Assembly (NCBI RefSeq): GCF_963921235.1
Contig: NC_086118.1
Location: 52,948,001-53,012,000, forward strand
From: Mobula hypostoma
Lineage: Eukaryota
Direction of reading: 5' to 3'
DNA: 64,000 nt
The position numbers were made by a program, and so were the translations under genes. This document shows positions 27,881 through 40,618 of the stretch, piece after piece. Within the stretch, counting starts at the first letter, position 1, and each line of letters starts with the position of its first letter. The notes under the pieces were generated by a model. The model worked only from the letters and a program-made list of their open reading frames with translations. It did no database searches and was not told the origin of the DNA.

Positions 27881-29162
27881 GGGAGAAGAAATCTAGGTAG
27901 ACAGTTAAATGTGAATGTGAAGAAAGCACTGAAATTGTAAACAACCCAAACAGAATAGAAGCTTTTCTTTGAATTTGTGTGTGTTGCTTCCCCATAGCAA
28001 TAAAGAATGTCGAGGACAGGCAGACCAGTGTTAGAGTGGGATGCAGAGTTTAATGGGATGCAGTTGGAACCACAAGATGGCCAGCTGGACAAAGTTCAGA
28101 TGTTCTGCAAAATGTTCACCTGGTCTACGCTTGGTTTCCCCAATGGAGAGGAAGAAAAGTTTTGGAGGAGGTGGGCCCAAGTAGACTTGGAATAAGGGTT
28201 GTTCCACATTACCAAAAAAGAAGACAAGCACAACCAGTGTCCATGCAAACCTGATAATTATTATGCCCAAGCACATTAAAGCTACATCACCCTGTCTTTG
28301 CAACAAATTAGCATCAACACCTGTCTAATTTGGCATATTTCCCCATCAGTCAGTGTTTTTGGGTGATGTATTTCTGCAATGCAAATCCCTCAACACTACC
28401 AATATCAGTAAAAACTCTGATTCTACATTACTAATGCACAAAAATATTTTAATGTTCATCTTATGTAATAAAAATTGCATGCTTTATGGAATGTTGATAG
28501 ACTAGGAATTGGATGAGTTGTCTCACTTCGCAATTTTATCCTCCTTTATTATATGTCCTCATTCCAGAGACAAATCCAAACCACTGGTTCAAGAGAGCAG
28601 ACAAGGCCCTAGTTCAATGTCTCATCCAAAAGACAGCACTCTTGATGAAGCCCTCCCACAGAATTGGACTCATGTCAACCTCAGTTTTTATGCTCACATC
28701 TGGACAACCTACAGTAATCCAACTCAGAGGCAAGAATGTGGCTAACTAAACCACAGCTGACAATCTAAGAAGGAGTATATTGGAAGACGTAATTTAAAGC
28801 CTTACTGAAAAGCATAATTAGTTGCACATATTATATGATGCCAATTATGTCAAAAGAAATCATGATGATTTCTTTGCTTTTGTAAAGAAAATATTCTTTA
28901 TGATGAGGGACTTTTTTTTCTCTTCTCCCATTTGGGAAGTTTCATTAGTTCTGAGATTCTACAATTCCATTATACATTTAAACTACTGATACATTATCTC
29001 CTTCAAATATTTCATTAGTTGAGAATCTCCTCTCCTTATTTAGGTGTTTTCACATTTACACCAAAGCATACAGTGATATGCATTGTTTGAATCAAATCAA
29101 TTAAATCAGTGAGGATTATGCCGGGAGAAGCGCGCAAGTGTTGGCGTGCTTCTGGTGTCAAA

Positions 29163-29735
29163 ATATAACCATATTACAATTACAGCATGGGAACAGGCCA
29201 TCTCGGCCCTTCTAGTCCATGCTGAACGCTTACCCTCACCGAGTCCCACCGACCTGCATTCAGCCCATAACCCTCCATTCCTTTCCTGTCCATATAGCTG
29301 TCCAATTTAACTTTAAATGACAACATCAAACCTGCCTCAACCACTTCTGCTGGAAGCTCGTTCCACACAGCTACCACTCTCTGAGTAAAGAAGTTCCCCC
29401 TCATGTTACCCCTAAACTTTTGCCCTTTAACTCTCATGTCCTCTTGTTTGAATCTCCCCCACTCTCAATGGAAAAAGCCTATCCATGTCAACTCTATCTA
29501 TCGCCCTCATAACTTTAAATACCTCTATCAAGTCCCCCCTTAACCATCTACGCTCCAAAGAATAAAAGACACAACTTGTTCAACCTTTCTCTGTAACTTA
29601 GGTGATGAAACCCAGGTAGCATTCTAGTAAATCTTCTCTGTGCTCTCTCTATTTTGTTGACATCTTTCCTATAACTCGGTGACCAGAGCTGTAGACAATA
29701 CTCCAAATTTGGCCTCACCAATGCCTTGTACATAA
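29163..29735 (-). mobile_element. CR1 3' end, same family as 49743-51227
   Basis: Near-identical 3' sequence and tail. Confidence 0.92.
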
Positions 29736-29954
29736 TAGAAATAGGATGACCACACAACTCATTAATGCTAATTGTACATCTGTGGAATGTGGGAGGAAAC
29801 TGGAGCACCCAGAGGAAACCCACGCTGTCACGGGGAGAACATACAAACTCCATACAGACAGTGGCAGGAATTGAATCCTGATTGATTATCGTTGGCGCAT
29901 TAAAGGAATTTGACTAATTGTTACACTATCATGCTACCCCCAAACAGTAGATAA

Positions 29955-30130
29955 ACTACTACTATGTCGACTCAGGCCTAGGGGGCCGGCGTCTGGCACG
30001 ATGACGGACTCTCCACTTCTCCCTCTCCCTCCTCAGTGTGTTCAGTTCACCTACATTAGCCACGCCGCTGTCTTCCAGGAGCGTGTTGACCATAGTCTTG
30101 GGAGGGCGCCCAGCGTTCATCCTGGAACCC
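29955..30130 (-). mobile_element. RTE-type LINE 3' end
   Basis: GRPPKTMVNTLLED...REKWR followed by a (TAG)n tail. Confidence 0.7.
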
Positions 30131-32358
30131 TGAATAGAAAAATAATTCTGATTTCTGTTAATGCTGTTATCAAAGGCAGCAGTTAACAAAATACAAAGAA
30201 GGTCTCAGCTTCAGTCCATGGTCATAGTGGAGCCTTCTTCAGTAGTAGGTTGGGTATGAGAATTGGTGTAGCCTCAAAGCTGTTCCAATCATTAAAAAAA
30301 AGATGAAATGGGGATGGGTTTGCGATCCAAAGGTTCTTCAGAAGTCAAGAATGAGTTATAAAACTCGTTGCTTACAGCCATTTTATTAAGTGTTACAAGA
30401 GCAAATGAGAAGAAGTGTTGAGAGAAACAAAGAGTAAACTAGTAAGTAGTTGTGGTCTTCTCATTCCAGATTAAAGGTAACAGAAATTCCATTGATAACA
30501 GTTAACCAATAAAACAAGCAACACACATAAAAGTTGCTGGTGAACGCAGCAGGCTAGGCAGCATCTCTAGGAAGTGGTACAGTCGACGTTTTGGGCCAAG
30601 ACCCTTCATCAATTCCAGCATCTGCAGATTTCCTCGTGTTTGCGAACCAATAAAACAGCCAGATTCAAGTAATGTGACACCTGCTACTGAAACTAAAGAG
30701 TTTCTAGAAAAATATAGAGACAACTGTACTCTACTTCCTGGAAAATTCACTAAACAATTATATGTATATACTGTAGGTGATTATATAAAAGTACAAGCAA
30801 TCATAGGGAAGTTGGTTGGTTGGCATCCAACTGTCTCAAAGGAGAATGGGTGATCATCATCATAGTCATAGCCATAGTCATAGTCATACTTTATTGATCC
30901 CGGGGGAAATTGGTCTTCGTTACAGTTGTACCACAAATAATTAAATAGTAATAAAACCATAAATAGTAATATGTGAATATGTAAATTATGCCAGGAAATA
31001 AGTCCATGACCAGCCTATTGGCTCAGGGTGTCTGACCCTCCAAGGGAGGATCATCATCATCACAAGCCTGGGTGGAAGATATGGAGATCCTGAGATGCCC
31101 AGTCATCAAGATCCCCCCTCTCGACATCACCAATGTAGTCCAAAGGAAAGCTTATGAAGCAATATGTTTGGTACCAGTTTGGCTATAGGAGCTGCCGGAA
31201 GGATGTTCAATGATGTCCAGCCGCCTTAGGGGCTCCACTCTGGATTTGCTCTTTGTGTTGCCTTCATCTCTCCCAAGGCTGCCCACAAGGCAGTGTGGCT
31301 ATTTACCCTCAGCTGAGGGTCTGATTCACGAGCATCAGGGCATGGCCACACACCGGTGGGCCTGCATGCTGCGTGTGCAGGGGCCAGACCTCCTCACTGT
31401 CCTCTGTAGTTCAGCCTGAGTCTGAAAGGAGTTCAGTTGTCGTGCATTGCCAGTGAGGAGGAACTGCATGAGGCTTGCTGTTGGATAGGCTATGTACTGG
31501 CAGGGAGAGACTTAAATATTCAGCTCTCCTTTTCGCGAGACTGCTAGCCAGTGGTGGAAGCTGAAAGTGAGAGCGACAAGCACTACCCACTACACTACCA
31601 CACTAGACACGTCACAACAACGATTTTGACACCGCAGTTAAACTACAAGAAAAATAACAATTCTACAACTTAATCCAACACCTCCACTCCCTGCATTATC
31701 ACCTTAACCCTCAATTCCCTTAATATTCAGAAACGTATCAACCTCTATTTTGAATGAACTGAATGGAGGAGCCACCATTGCTCTCTAGGGTACAGAATTC
31801 ACTGATTGAAGAAATCTCTCTTGATCTAATTCAATTATCTCAGGTTCCAGAGCCCTGATTCAGAATGATGCTATTACAGCATCAGAGACGCAGTTTCAAT
31901 TCCGCTGCTGCCAGTAAAAACTCTGTATGTTCTCCCCATGACTGCATAGGTCCCCTCCGGGTGCTCTGGTTTCCTCCCACATTCCTAAGGTGCATACGTT
32001 TACTAAGTTAATTGGTTCCATGGGTTAACTGGGCAGCACAGGCACGTTGGACGGGAAGGGCCAACTACCGTACTGAGTCTCCAAATAATAAAAATATAAC
32101 CACACTGTCAAGCCTCATAATAATTTTTTTTTAAGTTTCAATGCAATTTCCTCTCATTCTCCTAAACCCTAGAGAGTACAGGTCCAGTCTACTAAATATC
32201 CCTTCATATGGCAAAAAAAAACAGGAACATAATCCCAGAGAAATAAATTAGGAATCTGGGTCCTAATCACTTAATTCTTAGTGGAATGCGCACATGTATG
32301 GACAACTAGAAAAGACTCAACTGGTTTAACTGTTAAGCCACCACATTTACAATTGCCT

Positions 32359-33985
32359 AACAACAGGAATTCTGCAGATGCTGGAAATTCAAGCAACATA
32401 CATCAAAGTTGCTGGTGAACGCAGCAGGCCAGGCAGCATCTGTAGGAAGAGGTGCAGTCGATGTTTCAGGCCGAGACCCTTCGTCAGGACTAACTGAAGG
32501 AAGAGTGAGTAAGGGATTTGAAAGTGGGAGGGGGAGGGGGAGATCCAAAATGATAGGAGAAGACAGGAGGGGGAGGGATGGAGCCAAGAGCTGGACAGGT
32601 GATAGGCAAAAGGGGATACGAGAGGATCATGGGACAGGAGGTCCGGGAAGAAAGACAAGGGGGGGGTGACCCAGAGGATGGGCAAGAGGTATATTCAGAG
32701 GGACAGAGGGAGAAAAAAGACAGTGAGAGAAAGAATGTGTGCATAAAAATGAGTAACAGATGGGGTATGAGGGGGAGGTGGGGCCTTAGCGGAAGTTAGA
32801 GAAGTCGATGTTCATGCCATCAGGTTGGAGGCTACCCAGACGGAATATAAGGTGTTGTTCCTCCAACCTGAGTGTGGCTTGGCTTCATCTTTACAGTAGA
32901 GGAGGCCGTGGATAGACATGTCAGAATGGGAATGGGATGTGGAATTAAAATATGTGGCCACTGGGAGATCCTGCTTTCTCTGGCGGACAGAGCGTAGATG
33001 TTCAGCAAAGCGGTCTCCCAGTCTGCGTCGGGTCTCACCAACATATAAAAGGCCACATCGGGAGCACCGGACGCAGTATATCACCCCAGTTGACTCACAG
33101 GTGAAGTGATGCCTCACCTGGAAGGACTGTTTGGGGCCCTGAATGGTGGTAAGGGAGGAAGTGTAAGGGCATGTGTAGCACTTGTTCCGCTTACACGGAT
33201 AAGTGCCAGGAGGGAGATCAGTGGGGAGGGATGGGGGGGACGAATGGACAAGGGAGTTCTGTAGGGAGCAATCCCTGTGGAATGCAGAGAGAGGGGGGGA
33301 GGGAAAGATGTGCTTAGTGGTGGGATCCTGTTGGAGGTGGCGGAAGTTACGGAGAATAATATGTTGGACCCGGAGGCTGGTGGGGTGGTAGGTGAGGACC
33401 AGGGGAACCCTATTCCTAGTGGGGCGGTGGGAGGATGGAGTGAGAGCAGATGTACGTGAAATGGGGGAGATGCGTTTAAGAGCAGAGTTGATAGTGGAGG
33501 AAGGGAAGCCCCTTTCTTTAAAAAATGAAGACATCTCCCTCGTCCTAGAATGAAAAGCCTCATCCTGAGGGTCGATGCGGCGGAGACGGAGGAATTGCGA
33601 GAAGGGGATGGCGTTTTTGCAAGAGACAGGGTGAGAAGAAGAATAGTCCAGATAGCTGTGAGAGTCAGTAGGCTTATAGTAGACATCAGTGGATAAGCTG
33701 TCTCCAGAGACAGAGACAGAAAGATCTAGAAAGGGGAGGGAGGTGTCGGAAATGGACCAGGTAAACTTGAGGGCAGGGTGAAAGTTGGAGGCAAAGTTAA
33801 TAAAGTCAACGAGTTCTGCATGCGTGCAGGAAGCAGCGCCAATGCAGTCGTCGATGTAGCGAAGGAAAAGTGGGGGACAGATACCAGAATAGGCACGGAA
33901 CATAGATTGTTCCACAAACCCAACAAAAAGGCAGGCATAGCTAGGACCCATACGGGTGCCCATAGCTACACCTTTAGTTAAAAAT
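32359..33985 (-). mobile_element. 5'-truncated Penelope-like retroelement (RT C-terminal half + GIY-YIG endonuclease + 3' terminal repeat)
   Basis: ORF 32812-33963 contains GVAMGT..GPSYA, RYIDD and GVIYCVRCSRCGLLYVGET. It is flanked by the direct repeat TTTACAATTGCCT (32346-58 and 33986-98). Confidence 0.93.
32456..32491 (-). ncRNA. Minimal hammerhead ribozyme motif in the Penelope terminal repeat
   Basis: Minus strand reads AGTC-CTGACGA-AGGGTCTCGGCCT-GAAAC-ATC-GACT, on the same strand as the PLE ORF. Confidence 0.75.
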
Positions 33986-34254
33986 TTTACAATTGCCTGC
34001 CTTTAATCACATGAAGCACATTCATATAGGACAACTGACAGAGGTGTTTCCAACAACATAATTAGGCAGAATACTCCTTCAGGAAAGGAAAAGTTCAAAA
34101 ATGAAAAAAAAAATTATTTCCTGTTTAAAACATTCGAAATATTAATTGCTACATTTTCAGATTTATTTGCTGCAGTTCTGTCGGAGGTACATGTGTGCCC
34201 TCTGCTGGTCTTTAGAAATAACAATTTGGAAACTCATTCCTTCTGTAGAATTCC

Positions 34255-34915
34255 AATATATTGCAGAGGGGTGATCTGGGAATACAGATCCGTAATTCCC
34301 TGGAAGTGATGTTACAGGTAGATAGGGTTTTAAAGAGAACTTTTTGCATCATGGCCCTCATAAATCAGAGTGCTGAGTACAGGAGTTGGGGTGTTATGTC
34401 GAAGATGTATTAGAGGTTGGTGGTGCCGAATTTGAAGTATCGTGTGCAGTTTTGGTCACCTACATATAGGGAAAACATCAATAAGATTGAAAGGCCACGG
34501 AGAAAATTTATAATAATGTTGTCAGGACTTGACCTGAGTTACAGAGAAAGGTTGACTAGGTTAGGAGTTTATTCCCTGGAGCGTGGGAGAATGAGGGGAG
34601 ATTTGACAGATCTATACAATATTGAGAGGTATGGATAGGGTAAATGCGTGTAGGCTTTTGCACAGAGGTCATAGGTTAAGGGTGAAAGGTGAAATATTTA
34701 AGCGGAACCGGAGGGGGAACTTCTTCATTCAGAAGGTGGTGCGAGTATGGAACAAGCTGCCAGCAGAAGTGGTGAATGTGGGTTCAGATTTGGATAAATA
34801 TATGGATGGGAGGGATATGGAAGGCTACATTCCAGGTGCAGGTGGATGGGATTAGGCAGAATAACAGTTTGGCACAGACTAGATGGGCTGAATAGCCTTC
34901 TATTCTGTAGCACTT
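34255..34915 (+). mobile_element. CR1 3' fragment
   Basis: VQFWSP, YSLERGRMRGDL and NFFIQKVVRVWN remnants. Confidence 0.85.
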
Positions 34916-35334
34916 TATGAATAAATAATTTATTAATTATAAATAGATAATCTATGAATAAATGAATAATTTAATAGTTCAGTTTTAGGGAACTGCAGAT
35001 CGCTATTGTAGTAAGCAGTTATTGTCTATCTCTAAAAATCCCAGTTGAGTAGACAGCGGTGAAAGGCTGTCTTGAACTGCTGCAATGTTTTAGTGATACT
35101 TTTATACTTGTTAAGGAGGCTCTAGTGTTTAGACCCAGTAATGATAAAGGAGCCACAGCATATTCCAAAGTTCGAATAGTGTGTCTTTGAGACAAACTTG
35201 CAAGTAGTAGCGCTTCCTTGCTCAAGTCAAAGTCAAAGTAAAATTTAGGTTGAGTCTGTGGTAAAGAAGCCAAATGCAATGTTGGCATTTATTTCAAGGG
35301 GATTAGATTATAAAAGCAAAGGGATAATGCTGAG

Positions 35335-35534
35335 NNNNNNNNNNNNNNNNNNNNNNNNNNNNNNNNNNNNNNNNNNNNNNNNNNNNNNNNNNNNNNNNNN
35401 NNNNNNNNNNNNNNNNNNNNNNNNNNNNNNNNNNNNNNNNNNNNNNNNNNNNNNNNNNNNNNNNNNNNNNNNNNNNNNNNNNNNNNNNNNNNNNNNNNNN
35501 NNNNNNNNNNNNNNNNNNNNNNNNNNNNNNNNNN
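35335..35534. other. Assembly gap (200 N)
   Basis: A run of exactly 200 N, with a CR1 fragment (35258-35334) running into it. Confidence 0.99.
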
Positions 35535-35628
35535 GTACCTAATGGAGTAGCTAGAGCGAATATAGAGCACATATTCATCACATTAATAGATTTGGACAGT
35601 TATTTCTTCTGAAACAGTTAACCATTAC

Positions 35629-35897
35629 CTGCAATGTTTCCCAGTGCCCACACTGCTTGTTCGCTGATGTGGGGATGTGGCGAGGCCAGGAGACTAATGA
35701 AAGCAGGAATAGCGCCACCATCAACAACTGCCTTGGTCTGATCTGATGTTCCAGAAGCTATGTTGGTGAGAGCCCAAGCAGCTTCAAACTGAATTGGGCT
35801 GCAGTCAAAGTTACCAAGGAAAGTGACAAACTTGGGGATGAGCCCAGACTGAATGATTCTGTCAATGGGAGGATGCTTTTCTCTAGAAAGCAGCTTC
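35629..35897 (-). CDS. KPNA2: KPNA2 coding exon 4 (ARM repeats)
   Basis: Encodes [89 protein letters not shown]; 269 nt, cag acceptor and GTAATG donor. Confidence 0.97.
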
Positions 35898-36719
35898 CTG
35901 TGGGGGGGAATAGATAGATGAGGTTGTTAATAAAACTAAATAGTGAAGAAATCATTGATCTAAAAACCTACTTCTTCCAATAAGGTAACAAGTCAATTAC
36001 AGACGCAAACACGAGGAAATCTGCAGATGCTAGAATTTCAAGGAACACACATAAAAGTTGCTGGTGAATGCAGCAGGCCAGGCAGCATCTCTAGGAAGAG
36101 GTACAGTCGACGTTTCAGGCTGAGACGTTTGCATTCACCAGCAACTTTTATGTGTTGCAAGTCAATTACAGATATAGTAGAAATTTTTTATATTAAGAAA
36201 AGACCTACAAAAAGGGTAACCTTAGCCTATTCATCACAGGAAAATCCCTCCTCACCACTGCCACAAGAAAGCTGCATCCATCATAAAGGACCCCCACCAT
36301 CGAGGCTATGCTCTTCTCACTACTATCATCAGGAAGGGGCCTTCAGTTCCACAGCACTAAGTTCATGAGTAGTTATTATCATCAGCCTCCTGAACCAGAG
36401 TGGATAACTTCACTCACCAACCAATGGACTCACTTTCAAGGACTCTACAACTCATGTTCTCAGTATTTACTTTTTATTTGCAGTTTTGTTGTTGTTTGTT
36501 TTAAAATATAGATTCTACACTTGATCTTAGCCAAAAGGCCGAGAAGTGATTTACTATTTGCCCAGTTTATCTTCTGCACAATGTTCTTCGCATGTCTGAA
36601 GTTTTAAAATTGATTCCACTGCATTTCTGTTCTGTCAGTGCTTGCAAGAAAATGAGTCTCAAGGTAGTATGTTCACAACATGCTTTAATAAAGTTACTTT
36701 GAACTTTGAGAATTGAAGC

Positions 36720-38645
36720 TATACTAAAGAGGATTGGGAAGATTCTAAAATTCAACAGAAGGAAACTGAAAAGGTAATAAAGAGGAAAAGATCCCATTGA
36801 AGAGGATACAAAATATTTCTTCAAATGCATGAATGTAGAAGAGATGAGAGCTGATATTTGACTGCTGGAGAGGTAGTAATAAGGGACAAGGAAATGGCAG
36901 ATGAACTGAAGTATTTTGCACCAGTCTTCACTGTGGAAGACACTAGCAGTACGCCAGTACGAAGTTAGAAAGTGCCAGGGGCATAAGTGTGGAAATTGCC
37001 ATTATAAGGGAGAAGGTGCTTGGGAAACTAATGCCTGAAGGACCTGGACCAAATGGTCTACACCCCAGGTTCTGAAAGAGGTGGCTGAAGAGATTGCAGA
37101 GGCATTAGTGAAAATCTTTCAATAAAGAATAGATTCTACCATGGTTCTTTCTGGAGGACTGGAAAATTGCATGTGTCACTCCACTCTTCAAGGAATAGAG
37201 GCAGAAGAAAGGAAATTATAGGCCAATTAGTCTGCCCTCAGTGAATGGGAAGATGTTGGAGTTAATCATCAAGGATGTGGTTTCTGGGTACTTGGAGGCA
37301 CATGACATAATAGGCCAAAGTTTTGCCTGACAAATCTGCTGGAATTTTTTGAAGAAATAACAAGCAGGAGAACAGTGGATGTTATGTACTTGGATTTTCA
37401 GAAGGCCTTTGACAAAGTAGCTGGCCAATGGTGGAGTGGCATCAGCACTGGACTTCGAGGGGAGTGGTCGCGGGTTCGAATCCAGCCAGCTCCTTGCACG
37501 CTTTCCATTCGTGCTGGGTTGAGCGCCAAGCTAGCAACTCGCCCTCAAAAAACAAAACGCTAAAGAACCGACGAGGTTGTCTATCACCAGATATTATTCT
37601 CCACATTTGACAAAGTGCCACTCATGAGGATGCTTAACAAGAGCCCATGGTCTTACACGAAAGATTCTAGCATGGATAAAGTATGGATAAGGCAAAGAAT
37701 GGGAACAAAGGGAGCTTTTTCTGGTTGGCTGCAGGTGACTAGGGATGTTCCACATGGGTCTGTATTGGGTCACTTTTTGTAATGTCAAAAGACTTGGATG
37801 ACTGAATTGGTGCCTTTGTGACCAAGTTTGCAGTCGATACAAATGTAGGTGGAGGGGCAGGTAGTTTTGTCATAGTAAGAGGCTACAGAAGGACTTGGAT
37901 TAGGACAATGGGCAAAGAAGAAGCAGATGGAATTCAGCATTGGGAAGTGTATGGTCATGCACTTCGGTAGAAGAAATAAAAGCATGGACTTTTCTAAATG
38001 GAGAGAAAACTCAAATCTGAGGTGCGAAGAGACTCAGGAGTCCTCGTGCAAGATTTCCTAGAGGTTAAACTTTAGAGGACTAGAATACAAGGGCAAGATG
38101 TAATGTTGAGGCTTACACAAGGCTCTGGTGAGGCCTCAACTGGGAGTATTGTGAGCAGTTTTGGGCCCCTTATCTAAGAGGATGTGCTGACATTAGCGAG
38201 GGTTCAAACAAGGTTCATGAAAGTGATTACGGAATTGGAAGGCTTATCAAGTGATGAGCATTTGATGGCTCTGGGCCTCTACTCACTAGAATTCAGCAGA
38301 ATGAGGGGGACCTCATTAAAACCTATCAAAGTTTAAAAGACCTCAACATAGTGGATGTGGAGAGGATGTTTCCTATGGTGGGGCAGTCGAAGACCAGAGC
38401 AGACAGCCTTAGAATACAGAGGCATCTATTCAGAACAGATGATGAATTTCTTTAGAGTGGCAAATCTGCAGAATTTGTTGCCACAGGTGCTTGAATGTCA
38501 AGTCACTGGGTATTTTAAGACAGTTTGATAGATTTTGATTTGTCATGGCATGAAAGGATATGGAGAGAAGGCAGGAGATTGGGGCCAAGGAGGAAAATTA
38601 GCCACAATCAAATGTCAGAGCAGACACATTGGGTCAAATTCTGCT
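36720..38645 (+). mobile_element. Decayed CR1 LINE in a KPNA2 intron
   Basis: Remnants NYRPISL and DFQKAFDK, plus a CR1 3' UTR. Confidence 0.85.
37419..37605 (+). mobile_element. tRNA-derived SINE inserted in a CR1
   Basis: GGTTCGAATCC B box; TSD TTTGACAAAGT (37408-18, 37606-16). Confidence 0.8.
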
Positions 38646-38837
38646 CTTACATCCGACTGTTTCCAGTTTACTTTTCTTTTTGTATTTTCAGTTTGTCACC
38701 TTCTGCACATTTGTTTGCCCATCTTATTATGTGCAGTTTTTCCACTGGTTGTTTCTTTGTAGTTACTGTGAATGCCCACAAGAAAATGAACCTTAGGGTA
38801 GTCCATGGCGACAAAATGTACTTTGATTATCCAGAGT

Positions 38838-39035
38838 AATACAAAATCCTGGAGGAACTCAGCAGGTCATGCTGCAGCTATGGAGGGGAATGAATAGTTG
38901 ATGTTTCAGCCCAAAAACACTTCATCAGAACTGGCCAAAGTCCTGATTAAGGGTCACAAGCTGAAATATCATCTGCTTATTCATCTGCATAGATACCATC
39001 TGATCTGATGAACTCCTCCAGTATTATGTGTTACT
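38838..39035. mobile_element. Fold-back Penelope terminal-repeat pair in a KPNA2 intron
   Basis: Inverted arms with hammerhead-like motifs at 38896-38932 (-) and ~38939-38974 (+). Confidence 0.75.
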
Positions 39036-39049
39036 CAACATTATATACA

Positions 39050-39426
39050 ATTCAACATTTTCATATGTAGTTTGACCTTTCCAAATCCTTCTTATTAACT
39101 TAAGATATATGAATAGAGGAGCAGAGTTGATGACATTACTGAACGTGTTCGATTTAAGATACTGGTCTAGCTTTGTTTTGTTCCTTTTTTGGGGGGTTAA
39201 TATTTAGTTTCTTTTTTTTGGTTTTTTGGGGGGGGGTTTCTTTGTATTTTTTTCTTTTTTTCCCTCTATGATTAATTATATCAAGAGTTTAGAAGTCTAT
39301 TATACCTGTATTATTTGAAATCTTTTTTGTACATGCTTATCAACAATAAGATTATTCCAATCTCTCTGTATCAATATTGTTATTCTGTTTATAATTTTGG
39401 AAAATTAAAAAGATTTAAGAAGAAAG
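39050..39426 (+). mobile_element. Non-LTR (L1-like) 3' end insertion
   Basis: 13-bp TSD AACATTATATACA (39037-49, 39427-39), T-rich 3' UTR and an A/GAAA tail. Confidence 0.7.
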
Positions 39427-40049
39427 AACATTATATACAGTCAGCATGACTTTTGAGGGGTGGTTTTAAGTATGAGACAGTATTGAGATGACAATGATTG
39501 ATCCGGAGAGGGCAGGGTAGTGGATGTTATCTACACGTTTGACAAGATCCCTTATTGCATACCATTCCAGAAGATCAAGTCATTGGATCCAGCTTGCCAG
39601 CTTTATCAAAAACTAGTTTGGTCATTCTAGACATATGGAGGCACATTTTCTTCAAACGGAGGTCTATAACCAGTGGTCCGACAGGATTTGGACTAGTTGG
39701 AAACTGGGCAGAAAACTAGCAGGTGGGGTTTATTTAATGCAGACAACTATGTGCATTGTCTTTTGGGATACTAAAGTATAAACAGCAGAACCTTACCAGC
39801 CACCTTTAAAGATTTATTATTTGACTACAGAGCAAATAGAACAGCATACTCTTTAAATACTGCTCCCTCCTGCTCAATGCCCCTGGTATTCTCCAAATAG
39901 TCTAATTGATTCCAATTCTAAAGAGTCAGCTTACTCAAGGTCATGCCTGTGTCATTCTTTAAAGAAATTTGATAAAAATCAATTTCCAGCCCTAGGTTTC
40001 AAACTCAAATTCACAAGATCTCCAAGCTGATACAAACCAGTAGTCTTAC

Positions 40050-40132
40050 CTAGCAGCTTGAGTTGCTTGAAGTCGAGTTTCCAAATAATTGGACTGAACA
40101 CCTTGGATAATTTCTTCCAAATTCATATGCAT
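40050..40132 (-). CDS. KPNA2: KPNA2 coding exon 3
   Basis: Encodes MHMNLEEIIQGVQSNYLETRLQATQAA(R); 83 nt. The phase-2 donor GTAAGA is compatible with the next exon. Confidence 0.92.
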
Positions 40133-40220
40133 CTAATAGGACGTTAAAAATGTTAATTGACAACAGCCCAAAAAAAAAAGCAAAGACTGAGAAATAAGCT
40201 GCCAATTAAGTGTGTAATAC

Positions 40221-40358
40221 CTGGACAGAGTTCTTCTCCTGAAGGGGCGATAACGCTTCATCGGGAAAACTGTTCACGTTCCTTCTTTTGAACAACTGAT
40301 CGTCTTTTTTGGCTTTTCGCAGTTCAACGTTGGTTTCAATTCTCCTGCGTCTCAATTC
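40221..40358 (-). CDS. KPNA2: KPNA2 coding exon 2 (IBB domain)
   Basis: Encodes [46 protein letters not shown]; 138 nt with AG/GT boundaries. Confidence 0.96.
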
Positions 40359-40546
40359 CTTCAGCAGAGAAAAAGAGGCCATTTACAGACATGGAAATAA
40401 CTCTCCCTATAAAACTTACATTTTCCTCCCCTGCCACGCCTTCCATTTTGTTTCCGTTCTTTTTCTATAGCTTTAAATGCAACTTCTGTTCGCACAGGAA
40501 CAGCGGATTTCCACCAGCACGTTTAGTTTGGTTCTGCAGAACTTAC

Positions 40547-40618
40547 ATTGGCGTCTTTCCCCTTGTTCTTAAACTTGGTCAAACGGGGTGAGGCGTTCTC
40601 GTTCGCTGTGGTCGACAT
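40547..40618 (-). CDS. KPNA2: KPNA2 importin alpha, first coding exon (exon spans 40547-40647)
   Basis: Encodes MSTTANENASPRLTKFKNKGKDAN. Acceptor ttgcattgcag at 40648; donor GTAAGT at 40546. Matches the start of the importin-beta-binding (IBB) domain. Confidence 0.95.

Noticed and set aside
37422-37495. Additional tRNA genes (also ~42305-42375 and ~14545-14605)
   Set aside because: The stems do not close into a cloverleaf, and each continues into a SINE body (two have TSDs).
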